A DNA stretch of 44,694 nt from a bacterium (GTDB lineage: Bacteria > Bdellovibrionota > UBA2428), in assembly GCA_037137635.1 (NCBI GenBank), contig JBAXJW010000001.1, forward strand, positions 1-44,694. Direction: 5' to 3'. Below are positions 20,521 to 29,045 of this stretch, piece by piece. The notes under the pieces were generated by a model that saw only the letters and a list, made by a program, of their open reading frames with translations, ran no database searches and had not been told where the DNA came from. Within the stretch, counting starts at the first letter, position 1; each line of letters starts with the position of its first letter. The translations under genes and the position numbers were made by a program.

Positions 20521-21012
20521 TTAAAATTTTTTTATTAAAGAATACCTATCTTCGCTTTTATCAAAGATAAAAAGAGGGAACTTTAACTTAGAACGCAAAT
20601 AAAGAACCTCTAAGCTTTCTGTAGAACTGAAAGCCCTCGCCGCAAAGAACAACTTGCTTTTATCAGGGCAAAAGTCCAATACTCGCTGCTCTTTAAAGTT
20701 TTCTATTCGATCACCTACAACAATCGCTCTACTTTCCTCTGCAAAGGCATCAAGTAAAAAAGCGAGGGCTTTTCTATCAGGCTCAAGGGCAACGACTCTT
20801 CTATCAGGGGAACTCTTTAACCACGCATAAGCTAAAACTCCTGAACCTGATCCCACATCTACCATTGTAGTAAATCCCTTTATAAGATCTTCTGAATTTC
20901 TAATGGCTTTTGTAGCTTCGCTTACAAGTGTTTCACATGAAACATTGCCGATAAGGCGATGAGTTCGGTTGTATTTTTTTAATTTCTCAAAATACTGTTT
21001 CATGTGAAACAT
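20521..21012 (-). CDS. rsmG: 16S rRNA (guanine527-N7)-methyltransferase, short form
   Basis: 163 aa with the SAM-binding motif VDVGSGSGV. It holds the conserved position between mnmG and parA. It is shorter than typical RsmG (~200 aa), so the assignment rests partly on synteny. Confidence 0.65.
   Translation of the reverse strand: MFHMKQYFEKLKKYNRTHRLIGNVSCETLVSEATKAIRNSEDLIKGFTTMVDVGSGSGVLAYAWLKSSPDRRVVALEPDRKALAFLLDAFAEESRAIVVGDRIENFKEQRVLDFCPDKSKLFFAARAFSSTESLEVLYLRSKLKFPLFIFDKSEDRYSLIKKF
20996..21011. promoter_or_regulatory. parS-like ParB binding site
   Basis: TGTTTCATGTGAAACA matches the widely conserved parS consensus TGTTTCACGTGAAACA at 15 of 16 positions. It lies at the mnmG stop / rsmG start, about 530 bp upstream of parA. 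Confidence 0.6.
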
Positions 21013-22841
21013 TCGCCTGTGTTTTGATGCTTTAAAGATGTTCTTCCTGCTGCTCGGGCAATCATTAATACTGCAGTTGGAGGAATTCCGCTTATTTTTG
21101 AAAGCTCCAGAACAGATCTAGGCTTAATGGCTTTGTATTTCTCTATAACCTCTAAAGAAAGAGAGGAAAGATCATCTATATTAAAGGTTGGATCCAATAA
21201 AGATCCCCCGAGTTTCTGCAAGGCTGAGATTTCACTCTCTTGCCTGCTTAAATAACCATCGTATTTTGCTTCTACTTCTAATTTTTCTATAGCCTTGTCT
21301 GATATAAAAGAAGCATCCGGAATAGAAAAGCTTTCCCATGTGATTTCGGGACGCTTTAGATACTCCATGTAGCTTTGAACTCTATCCTTAGAGACTCTGA
21401 TGCGATTGTTTTCGAGAAATTCTCTTCCCTTAGCTATTTCATCAAGGTTTTGAGAGTGATGTTTTTTCTGAGCTTCTGTTAAAAGCCCCAATTGAACACC
21501 TAAATCATAAAGACGTTCTTGAGCGTTGTCTTCTCTTAAAACCAAACGATATTCGGAGCGACTTGTAAACATTCTATATGGCTCTTGAGTGCCTTTAGAA
21601 GTTAGATCATCCACTAAGGTTTCCGTGTAGCTTCTAGCTCTATTGGGATAAACAAAGTCTTTACCCTTTAGAAAGAGAGCTGCGTTTATTCCTGCCCACA
21701 TTCCTTGAGTTGCAGCCTCCTCATAACCCGATGTCCGATTCACTTGGCCAGCAAAGAACAACCCTTCTTGAAATTTAGACATAAAAGAGAAGTGTAAGTC
21801 GGTAGGGTTAATAGTGTCATACTCAACGGCATAGCCTGGACGAATGAATTCAACCTGTTCCAAGCCTCGAATACTTCTCATGAACTCAAGCTGAACATCA
21901 GCGGGCAAGCTTGTACTCAGTCCATTAGGATAAATAGACTCTGTATCAAGACCCTCAGGCTCAAGGAAAATTTGATGGCGTTCCCTATCGGCAAATCTTT
22001 TAATCTTATCTTCTATGCTTGGACAATATCTGGGCCCTAATCCAACGATATCACCTGAAAACAAAGGGCTCCTATCAAAGTTCGCTCTAATAATGTCATG
22101 AGTTCGCTCAGAAGTATGAGTGATATAACAACAAAGTTGAGGAAGCTTTTCTCTTGGCTCTCGCCAAGAAAAGCGTCGAATTTCCGGATCACCCCACTGC
22201 TGTTCTAAATTAGAAAATTTTATTGTTTTGGCATTAAGCCTTGCTGGAGTTCCTGTCTTTAAGCGACTTAAGGCATGTCCAAGTTCGCACAAAGATTCGC
22301 TCAAAAATTTGGCGGATTGGTCGCCAACACGACCGCCTTCTTTTCTATCATCACCGCAGAACATAAGACCGCGCATAAAGGTTCCGGTGGTAATAATGAC
22401 AGATCGAGTCAAAATCCGGGCGCCGTCTTTTAAAGAAACCTGCCAAGTATTTTCTAACTTAGATAAAGCAGAAACTTCGCCTTCGACAATGCTTAGATTG
22501 TTAATCGAGCGAAGCTCAGAGATCATCGAGCGAACATATCTATCTTTATCGCACTGTAATCTTGTTGACCTTACAGCGGGTCCCTTATTCATATTCAACC
22601 TACGTGCCTGAATTGCAGCAGTATCAGCCACAAAACCCATCAGCCCACCAAGGGCATCGATTTCTGACACAAGATGGGATTTTGCCACCCCACCAATAGC
22701 TGGATTACAAGACATTGCCCCTAGCTTAGAGGCATCCATGGTCAGCAAAGCCACCTGTTGACCTATTGACGATAGGGCTCTGGCTGCTTCGATGCCGGCA
22801 TGACCGCCGCCCACAACAATCGCATCGAAGTCTATTTTCAT
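21000..22841 (-). CDS. mnmG: tRNA uridine 5-carboxymethylaminomethyl modification enzyme MnmG (GidA)
   Basis: 613 aa with the FAD-binding motif VVGGGHAGIEAA and a full-length GidA-like pattern. Confidence 0.95.
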   Translation of the reverse strand: MKIDFDAIVVGGGHAGIEAARALSSIGQQVALLTMDASKLGAMSCNPAIGGVAKSHLVSEIDALGGLMGFVADTAAIQARRLNMNKGPAVRSTRLQCDKDRYVRSMISELRSINNLSIVEGEVSALSKLENTWQVSLKDGARILTRSVIITTGTFMRGLMFCGDDRKEGGRVGDQSAKFLSESLCELGHALSRLKTGTPARLNAKTIKFSNLEQQWGDPEIRRFSWREPREKLPQLCCYITHTSERTHDIIRANFDRSPLFSGDIVGLGPRYCPSIEDKIKRFADRERHQIFLEPEGLDTESIYPNGLSTSLPADVQLEFMRSIRGLEQVEFIRPGYAVEYDTINPTDLHFSFMSKFQEGLFFAGQVNRTSGYEEAATQGMWAGINAALFLKGKDFVYPNRARSYTETLVDDLTSKGTQEPYRMFTSRSEYRLVLREDNAQERLYDLGVQLGLLTEAQKKHHSQNLDEIAKGREFLENNRIRVSKDRVQSYMEYLKRPEITWESFSIPDASFISDKAIEKLEVEAKYDGYLSRQESEISALQKLGGSLLDPTFNIDDLSSLSLEVIEKYKAIKPRSVLELSKISGIPPTAVLMIARAAGRTSLKHQNTGECFT

Positions 22842-22880
22842 ATGCGAACTTATATCAAAATAAGATTCGCATTTACACTC

Positions 22881-24239
22881 TTATTTACCGAGGCAAAATT
22901 GACTAAAAATTTCGGAGATATAGTCCTCAGACAGCTCTTTGCCCTGGCAATTCTTGAGTGCTTTATCCGCCAAAATTAAGTCTTCTGCAATCAGCTCTAA
23001 AGATCGACCCTCATTTAAGCTAAGCCTCGCTCTTTTGACAGAAGCCTCAACTTCTCTCAATAATCCCATTTGTCGCTCACTTACAAAAACATCAAGCTTT
23101 TGACTCTCTTTTTTTTGAGTCAAAAGAGGAAGAAGTTCTATTTCAAGTTTTTGACGAATGAGAAAAGAATCCTTTTGAAAATTAAAAGCGCCTTCTTTTT
23201 TCGAAATATCAGCAAAACTTTCCAGACAAATTAAAGAAGAATGTTTTTCTAAAAGTTTTTCAATATTTTTATTGATCGGTTTATGAGAAGGCTTCACCCA
23301 AAGAACAATATGCGCATCACTTAATAAGGAGAGCGCTCGATCAATTCCCTGACTCTCAAGAGCGTCAATTTCTTCTCCCTCAAGACCACGCAATCCTGCG
23401 GTATCAATAAATATAAATTCTTGATTAGAAATTTTTACTCGAGCTTCGATATAGTCTCTTGTTGTTCCGGGAATATCAGAAACTAAACTTCTTTCATTTC
23501 CGAGCAACAAATTCATCAGCGAACTTTTTCCAGAATTAGGTTCGCCTATAATTAAAACTTTTGGCTTTTCCCAAGAACTTGAAAAGTTTTCATAGTTTGT
23601 CAAAAACTCATCGAGGCGCAAAGAAAGAGTTGATAGTTTTTCTTGGCAAGACAACACATCTTCCGATTGCTCTTCTGTAGCTTCAGAAAAATCAATTGCG
23701 CTTTCAATTCTACCTCGAGCAGACGTCAAAGAACTTTCTAAATCAACAAAAATTAATTTTGTTTTATCTTGAGTAGCTTTTGATAAATTCAAAAGATCAC
23801 TTGAAAACGTAGACTCACTCGCAACAGACAAAGCAGTGTGCAAAGCTTCCGATTCTGAGAGTGTCATTTTTTCATTCATAAAAGAACGAAAAGAAAACTC
23901 TCCTGGAAGAGCCTCCAAAATATTTCTCTTATTTAATTCTCTCAAAAGCAATTCGCATATGCGATCACTTCCATGAACGTGAAATTCTAAAACATCTTCG
24001 CCCGTAAAAGAATGTGGGGATTTAAAATAAATAACGATTCCATTATCAAAACCAAAAAAATTTCTGTAACAGGCTTTTCTAATATCTTCTTCTTTAATAT
24101 GAAGCTCTTGGGATAATGAAGATAAATTTTTTCCGCTAACTCGAAAAACAACCAATGGACCGCCAACAGCTGTTGCAGCGGCGGCAATTGGATTTTCAAG
24201 TCGCTTAAAATAGTCAAAAGAAAAAGATCGGGAACTCAG
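22881..24239 (-). CDS. mnmE: tRNA modification GTPase MnmE (TrmE)
   Basis: G-domain motifs GEPNSGKSS, DIPGTTRD and DTAGLR, plus a C-terminal FCLGK (the CxGK motif). The track ORF starts at TTG 24155. However, the conserved MnmE N-terminus (ENPIAAAATAVGGPLVVFRVSG) continues in frame upstream. I extended to CTG 24239, which lies 6 nt after an AGGA. The start is uncertain. Confidence 0.88.
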   Translation of the reverse strand: MSSRSFSFDYFKRLENPIAAAATAVGGPLVVFRVSGKNLSSLSQELHIKEEDIRKACYRNFFGFDNGIVIYFKSPHSFTGEDVLEFHVHGSDRICELLLRELNKRNILEALPGEFSFRSFMNEKMTLSESEALHTALSVASESTFSSDLLNLSKATQDKTKLIFVDLESSLTSARGRIESAIDFSEATEEQSEDVLSCQEKLSTLSLRLDEFLTNYENFSSSWEKPKVLIIGEPNSGKSSLMNLLLGNERSLVSDIPGTTRDYIEARVKISNQEFIFIDTAGLRGLEGEEIDALESQGIDRALSLLSDAHIVLWVKPSHKPINKNIEKLLEKHSSLICLESFADISKKEGAFNFQKDSFLIRQKLEIELLPLLTQKKESQKLDVFVSERQMGLLREVEASVKRARLSLNEGRSLELIAEDLILADKALKNCQGKELSEDYISEIFSQFCLGK

Positions 24240-24250
24240 AAAAATTCCTA

Positions 24251-25054
24251 TTAACGATTTCCAATGTTATCGTCGATATCATCTACTTGGTCAGAGACCG
24301 CAACGTTACCGTTTATTTCTCCGGATGAATTTTGATGGTCATCAAATTGAGCTCTTCTGACGTTATCATTCTCAGGTCTGCGCGGATTTTTGTTAGGACC
24401 GCGGTTACTAAAGTTTCGTGGGCCATGCCCTTTTCTAAAACCTCCACCTTGTGGACGATTTCCGCCTGAACGAGGATTCGCATTTCCTTTTTCTACAGAT
24501 CGAGAAGTATCGTTGATAAGTTTCACACGAATTCTTTTATAGGTTCCGTTCCCAATACTTTCGCTGGTTACTTCTCCCAAGGTTGCAAGGTGAGTGTGAA
24601 TCACTCTTCGTTCTGAAGGACTTAATGCTGGAATATAAGTAGGACGTCCATTGTTGCTTATAACTTTTTCACGAGACTCTTCAGCAATTTTTTTAAGTCC
24701 TTCGTAATGACGATCTCTGAATCCTTCAGCGTCAACAGTGACCCTATATTTACTTAAGTCAGTTCCTTCTTCGATAGCTTTATTTGCTAATCCTTCTTGT
24801 TTACGAAGAACACGCATAGAAATATGAGCGAGAGCATCGAGAATTTGTGTATTTTCTCCGAGCATACTCATAACTTCTTCGCCTTTAACTTCAATGTGAT
24901 GACTTCCATCATCTTTTTGGTGTCGATCGAATTGGATGTCATACCCCATTGCGCGAGGAAGCCCTTCTAAAAATTGATCAAGGTTTACAACTCCTTGAAC
25001 TTCTTCTTCCTTTGAAATACCAAATAAACTAAGAGCAGATTTTACAATATTCAT
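24251..25054 (-). CDS. jag: Jag/KhpB RNA-binding protein (Jag_N, KH, R3H) with Arg/Gly-rich tail
   Basis: 267 aa with an R3H motif region SPSERRVIHTHLA. Conserved position downstream of yidC. The C-terminal ~85 aa form a low-complexity RG/N-rich tail. Confidence 0.85.
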   Translation of the reverse strand: MNIVKSALSLFGISKEEEVQGVVNLDQFLEGLPRAMGYDIQFDRHQKDDGSHHIEVKGEEVMSMLGENTQILDALAHISMRVLRKQEGLANKAIEEGTDLSKYRVTVDAEGFRDRHYEGLKKIAEESREKVISNNGRPTYIPALSPSERRVIHTHLATLGEVTSESIGNGTYKRIRVKLINDTSRSVEKGNANPRSGGNRPQGGGFRKGHGPRNFSNRGPNKNPRRPENDNVRRAQFDDHQNSSGEINGNVAVSDQVDDIDDNIGNR

Positions 25055-25057
25055 TTT

Positions 25058-26653
25058 TTAACTTTCCTTCCCTAAGAGAATGCTTTGATTTGTTGCGATG
25101 CTGGTTTTCTTTCTAAAGAAAAACTGCTGACTCATCCCCGCTAAATTACTTACTAAGAAATACAGGTTCAGGCCAGACGGAAAATCTTTAGATACAAATC
25201 CAAAAACGACAAACATAATTCGTGAAACCCACTTCATGTCGGGCATTCCTGGCTGCGAAGAGGTTGGCTGCGGATTTAATTCCACAGAAATAATTAAACT
25301 AATTGTCCAAATAACAGGAAGCACATAGTACGGATCGTGATAAGAAAGATCATGTATCCATCCAAAAAATGGTGCTTGATATAAATCTACTGCATTTGAA
25401 AGAGCACTATTTAATCCAAAGAAAATTGGGATTTGTAAAAAAACAGGAAGACAAGAACCAAAGGGGTTCACTCCAGATTTTTTATAGAGAGCTTGAATTT
25501 CTTGATTCATTTGAAGGAGTTGATCATTTTTTCCTTCGAATCTTTTCTTGATTGCTTCCATCTGGGGCTGAATATCCTTCATCTTTTGACCAGATTCGAA
25601 CATCTTTTTATTGATCGGCCATAGAAGAAGACGAACAATCAAAGAGAGAATAATAATTGAGATTCCATAGTTAGATGTGAGTCTAAAAAGAGTCTCCAAA
25701 CACCACAACATAAAGCGAGAAATGCCACTGAAATAACCAAAATCGATTGTTTCAACAAGGTCTGCTTTCACAGAACGAAGTTCCTGCAAATCCTTCACTG
25801 CAAAATATAGATCAAAATTGTAAGAAAGTTTTGTTGTATCAGGAGACCACTTTAAAGGGTAAGCAACACCCCATAAAACTCTTCCCGTATCTTCACTGCC
25901 TTTTTGATAATAAAGATCGGGATTGTAGCGACCTTTTGGAATAATATTTGTGGAGAAATATTTATCCCCCCATGAAATCCATTCATAAGGACCAGAGCTT
26001 CGAACGTTTTCTTCCCACAGTTTCTTATCTCGAATTCTTTCTGTTTTAGATTCTTTCTTTTTTAAAGCAAGATAATGGTGGTCTTGTATGATTCCCTTGC
26101 CAACTCCATCTTCTGTTTCAAAAAAAACATCTCCGCTTATTTCTTTATCAGATTGAATATCAAAAGCTGTTTCTAAAATTAAGTTGTTGAGTTTGTATTT
26201 TACGCTACAAGAAACTCCCTCAAATTGAGCTGAATATGTTAAGTCTCCAGAGGAAGATAAGTTTTTCAAACACTTATCCACACGGACATCACTTGAGCGC
26301 CAGTGAAACCCGTTTTTAATAATTTCAACGTTGGTTTTTGTTTCTTCGCCTCGATTAAAATATTTTGTAAAAAAAACGTTTCCAATGCCAGCATTGGAAA
26401 AGAGATTAAAATTTCGAGAGTTATTAACGTCTATTTTTTTTGCAGTCTTTTTTAAATCTTCAGAAATCTTAGGAGTGGAAGAATTACTGTTTTGGCTGAC
26501 AGCTCCTGGAAGCTTAGGGATTCCAGAACTTACCACCTGCGAAGAGGGGCTTTCTTTTGGAACATATTTTTCCTGATAAGGAGTTAAAATAAAATGTTGA
26601 TACGCAGCCATAGCTGCAACAAAAAAACCAATGATAATCCAATTACGATTCAT
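25058..26653 (-). CDS. yidC: membrane protein insertase YidC
   Basis: 531 aa with an N-terminal TM helix, a large periplasmic domain and a C-terminal 5-TM 60 kDa insertase core. It sits in the rpmH-rnpA-yidD-yidC-jag cluster. Confidence 0.9.
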   Translation of the reverse strand: MNRNWIIIGFFVAAMAAYQHFILTPYQEKYVPKESPSSQVVSSGIPKLPGAVSQNSNSSTPKISEDLKKTAKKIDVNNSRNFNLFSNAGIGNVFFTKYFNRGEETKTNVEIIKNGFHWRSSDVRVDKCLKNLSSSGDLTYSAQFEGVSCSVKYKLNNLILETAFDIQSDKEISGDVFFETEDGVGKGIIQDHHYLALKKKESKTERIRDKKLWEENVRSSGPYEWISWGDKYFSTNIIPKGRYNPDLYYQKGSEDTGRVLWGVAYPLKWSPDTTKLSYNFDLYFAVKDLQELRSVKADLVETIDFGYFSGISRFMLWCLETLFRLTSNYGISIIILSLIVRLLLWPINKKMFESGQKMKDIQPQMEAIKKRFEGKNDQLLQMNQEIQALYKKSGVNPFGSCLPVFLQIPIFFGLNSALSNAVDLYQAPFFGWIHDLSYHDPYYVLPVIWTISLIISVELNPQPTSSQPGMPDMKWVSRIMFVVFGFVSKDFPSGLNLYFLVSNLAGMSQQFFFRKKTSIATNQSILLGKES

Positions 26654-26945
26654 AATGACTCAAAATATATCTAGGTGTGGGTGGATCGAAAGATAACGTA
26701 GGAGTTGACCAAGGATTACACCTGATAATTCTTGCAACAGATCGAATTACGTTTTTAAAGCTAAAGTCCTCTAACAATAGAGCTTCTGCATAATGAGAAC
26801 ACGAAGGATGGAAACGACATCCAGAAAAGCCAAAAATTTTAATAAACGGAACAATAAAAGTTCGATAACCAACAAAAGATTTTTGAATTATGAAAGACTG
26901 AAGAGATTGAACTTTTTTACTTCTTGAGAAAGAAAGGGTGCCCAT
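26643..26945 (-). CDS. yidD: membrane protein insertion efficiency factor YidD
   Basis: Contains the YidD signature CRFHPSCSHYA ... RCNPWS. The track ORF starts at 26999. I prefer the internal ATG at 26945 (MGTLSF...), which gives 100 aa and reduces the overlap with rnpA. Confidence 0.8.
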   Translation of the reverse strand: MGTLSFSRSKKVQSLQSFIIQKSFVGYRTFIVPFIKIFGFSGCRFHPSCSHYAEALLLEDFSFKNVIRSVARIIRCNPWSTPTLSFDPPTPRYILSHYES

Positions 26946-27286
26946 TCTTTGGTCTGAATTGATTGATTTAATTTTTTGTTTCGATTGAATCTTATCCATA
27001 AACTTTGCCTCGGACTAATTGAGAGGCCCTCAGAGCGATGCCATTCTTTAATAATTCTTTTCCACCGATTACGAAGAACGGCATTTCCAGCTGTTCTAGG
27101 AATCGTGACTAAAAGCGGTTTCACCAAGTCTTGAGTATTATTTTTCCACTCAATTTGAGACATGTGAAAAAGCGAAGAACAAGACGAACTTCTTTTTAGA
27201 AGCTTAAAGCGCTCAGGTCTTTTTTGAGCCTTCTTCATTTTACGAGCAGTCGAAGGCTTTTCAGCAATTTTGCTTTTATTCACCAT
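26888..27286 (-). CDS. rnpA: ribonuclease P protein component
   Basis: 132 aa basic protein with the RNR-type motif LRNRWKRIIKE. It lies directly downstream of rpmH. Confidence 0.8.
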   Translation of the reverse strand: MVNKSKIAEKPSTARKMKKAQKRPERFKLLKRSSSCSSLFHMSQIEWKNNTQDLVKPLLVTIPRTAGNAVLRNRWKRIIKEWHRSEGLSISPRQSLWIRFNRNKKLNQSIQTKEWAPFLSQEVKKFNLFSLS

Positions 27287-27381
27287 AAAATGTGCGTTTT
27301 ATAAAAACAGTCTTTTTTGCGATTATTTAAACTCTTAAAACAATGTTTATTAGAAGTTTATATAAACCTTGAAAAAATCAA

Positions 27382-27546
27382 CTATTTCTTTCTTCCGCGC
27401 TTAGAACTCACAGCAACAGCAATCTTTTTTCTGCCCTTGCGGCGGCGACGACTTAAAGTCTTTCTTCCACCAGGTGTTGCCATGCGTTCCAAAAATCCGT
27501 GAACGCGCTTTCTTTTTCTCTTGCTCGGTTGATATGTACGTTTCAT
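27382..27546 (-). CDS. rpmH: 50S ribosomal protein L34
   Basis: Not in the ORF track because it is under 60 aa. Manual translation of the minus strand from ATG 27546 gives [54 protein letters not shown]. This is a canonical L34 N-terminus with a short basic C-terminal extension. Confidence 0.93.
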   Translation of the reverse strand: MKRTYQPSKRKRKRVHGFLERMATPGGRKTLSRRRRKGRKKIAVAVSSKRGRKK

Positions 27547-27653
27547 AGAGCTAAGTCTTTATGGCATATGTTTGTGGGCCGCACAATCCCTCAAATTAAG
27601 ATGATGAAAGAAAATAGCAAAAAAAAGACCGTCTAAGAAAATAAATCGAATAA

Positions 27654-28805
27654 ATGGACACACAACAAGAGATTTTTCCCTTTGATAACTTCAAAACTAA
27701 AGAAGGCCTTGAAGCTAATCCGCTTGGACAAGAAGAAACTTCTCGTTATCCGGGAAAAACCGTTACTACTCAGTTTGGAGAGTCTTTAACTCCCAAATAT
27801 TCTTTTGATACTTTTGTTGTAGGTAAAAGCAATCAATTTGCCCATGCCTCAGCTGTTGCAACAGCTAATAAACCCGGAATTTATAACCCTCTTTTTATAG
27901 TTGGAAAGACGGGTTTGGGTAAAACGCACCTTTTAAAAGCTATTGGATATAGAATTCTCACAGATATTCGTCCTGGAGCCAGGATTTGTTATCGATCTAC
28001 CCAAAAATTTATCGAAGAAGTTATTCAGTCTATTCGTCACGACACACGTCACGAGCTTCATGAACGTTATCAAACAAATTGTGATGTTCTGTTAATGGAT
28101 GATATTCAATTTTTATCGAGATCTGTTTCAACTCAAGATGAGTTTTTTCGTATTTTTAACGCTCTTTTTGATAACGGAAAACAAATCGTCATTACCTCAG
28201 ATCGCCTTCCAAAAGAAATTCAAGACATTAACGATCGAATTATTTCACGTTTTGAAATGGGTATGGTGGCCGATATCGACGCGCCAGAACTAGAAACGCG
28301 TGTTGCAATCCTCAGGGCTCGTGCAGAGACAGATAACGTAACCCTTTCAGATGAGGTCGCACACCTTATAGCCACTTACGTAAAAGCAAATATTCGTGAA
28401 TTGGAGGGCTGCCTGACAAAACTCGCTGCACACGCTGCGATTTATAATGAAGACATCTCAGTTGCTCTCGTAAAAAAACTTCTCAAGGGTTACGCGGGCG
28501 AGCGACAAAAGGTAATTACACTTGATGAAATCATCAGTGTTGTTTCACATTATTTTTCTGTAAAATCAGCTGAGATCAGAGGTCCCTCTCGAAAGGCCCC
28601 TGTTTCGAAAGCTAGACAAATTGTGATGTTTTTAGGAAAAGATCTCTCGAAACTAAGCTGTACCTCTATTGCAGAAGAGCTTGGCAATCGCCACCACACA
28701 ACAGTTCTTCATGGTCAAGCCTTTATTGAGAAATCAATTCTTAAGGATCCAGTTCTTAAAACTCAAATTCAACAAATTGAAGAAACTCTTTTAAAGACTC
28801 TCTAA
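27654..28805 (+). CDS. dnaA: chromosomal replication initiator protein DnaA (lacking N-terminal domain I)
   Basis: 383 aa with the domain III entry LTPKYSFDTFVVGKSNQ, Walker A GKTGLGKTHLL, Walker B LLMDDIQF and the domain IV signature RHHTTVLHG. An in-frame TAA sits immediately upstream of the ATG. Confidence 0.93.
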   Translation: MDTQQEIFPFDNFKTKEGLEANPLGQEETSRYPGKTVTTQFGESLTPKYSFDTFVVGKSNQFAHASAVATANKPGIYNPLFIVGKTGLGKTHLLKAIGYRILTDIRPGARICYRSTQKFIEEVIQSIRHDTRHELHERYQTNCDVLLMDDIQFLSRSVSTQDEFFRIFNALFDNGKQIVITSDRLPKEIQDINDRIISRFEMGMVADIDAPELETRVAILRARAETDNVTLSDEVAHLIATYVKANIRELEGCLTKLAAHAAIYNEDISVALVKKLLKGYAGERQKVITLDEIISVVSHYFSVKSAEIRGPSRKAPVSKARQIVMFLGKDLSKLSCTSIAEELGNRHHTTVLHGQAFIEKSILKDPVLKTQIQQIEETLLKTL

Positions 28806-28831
28806 AATCCAAATTTAAAACATTGAATAAC

Positions 28832-28877
28832 CTGTGGATAACTCAGGGATAACTCTGTGGATAACTCAGGGATAAAC
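28832..28877. repeat. 23-bp tandem direct repeat, each copy carrying two DnaA boxes
   Basis: The sequence ctgtggataactcagggataa occurs at 28832-28852 and again at 28855-28875. The two copies are identical over 21 nt. Confidence 0.9.
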
Positions 28878-28933
28878 TATGAATTCCATGTTTTCCAATT
28901 GTTTTCCCTTATTTATCCACAGAGTTATCCACG
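28833..28933. promoter_or_regulatory. oriC DnaA-box cluster (six boxes)
   Basis: TGTGGATAA at 28833 and 28856 is the perfect complement of TTATCCACA. CAGGGATAA occurs at 28844 and 28867, TTATCCACA at 28913 and TTATCCACG at 28925. Spacing within each group is 11-12 bp, and the two groups have opposite orientation. Confidence 0.85.
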
Positions 28934-28949
28934 CACTTTATTCAACAAA

Positions 28950-29045
28950 ATCATATACTTAACTTAGTTACGCCATACAATTCATATATACATATATAAT
29001 TAACAACAACTTATTAATTATAATACTAGTCAAAAATGAGAAAAA
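28950..29045. other. AT-rich putative DNA unwinding element of oriC
   Basis: About 95 bp of very AT-rich sequence (e.g. ttcatatatacatatataattaacaacaacttattaattataatactag) lies immediately right of the last DnaA box and upstream of the dnaN RBS (AAGGTGG). Confidence 0.6.

Noticed and set aside
23987-24217. 76-aa ORF overlapping the 5' end of mnmE in another frame.
   Set aside because: The mnmE frame across the same bases encodes the conserved MnmE N-terminal strand. This ORF is a frame artefact.
25205-25225. Half parS sites (CGTGAAAC at ~25211, TGTTTCAC at ~28551 and ~5907).
   Set aside because: Only one half of the 16-bp palindrome is present, which is expected by chance.
27317-27502. 61-aa plus-strand ORF.
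   Set aside because: It is antisense to the unmistakable rpmH (L34) coding sequence.
27562-27586. TGGCAT-N5-TGTG, which looks superficially like a sigma-54 -24/-12 element, and a GC-rich mini-palindrome TTGTGGGCCGCACAA in the rpmH-dnaA spacer.
   Set aside because: The GG-to-GC spacing is off by one and the -12 GC is GT. The palindrome has only a 5-bp stem. Neither is supportable as a regulatory site without data.
27601-27636. Tiny ORF (MMKENSKKKTV*) in the dnaA leader.
   Set aside because: It has no Shine-Dalgarno sequence and is too short to evaluate. It could be a chance ORF in AT-rich DNA.
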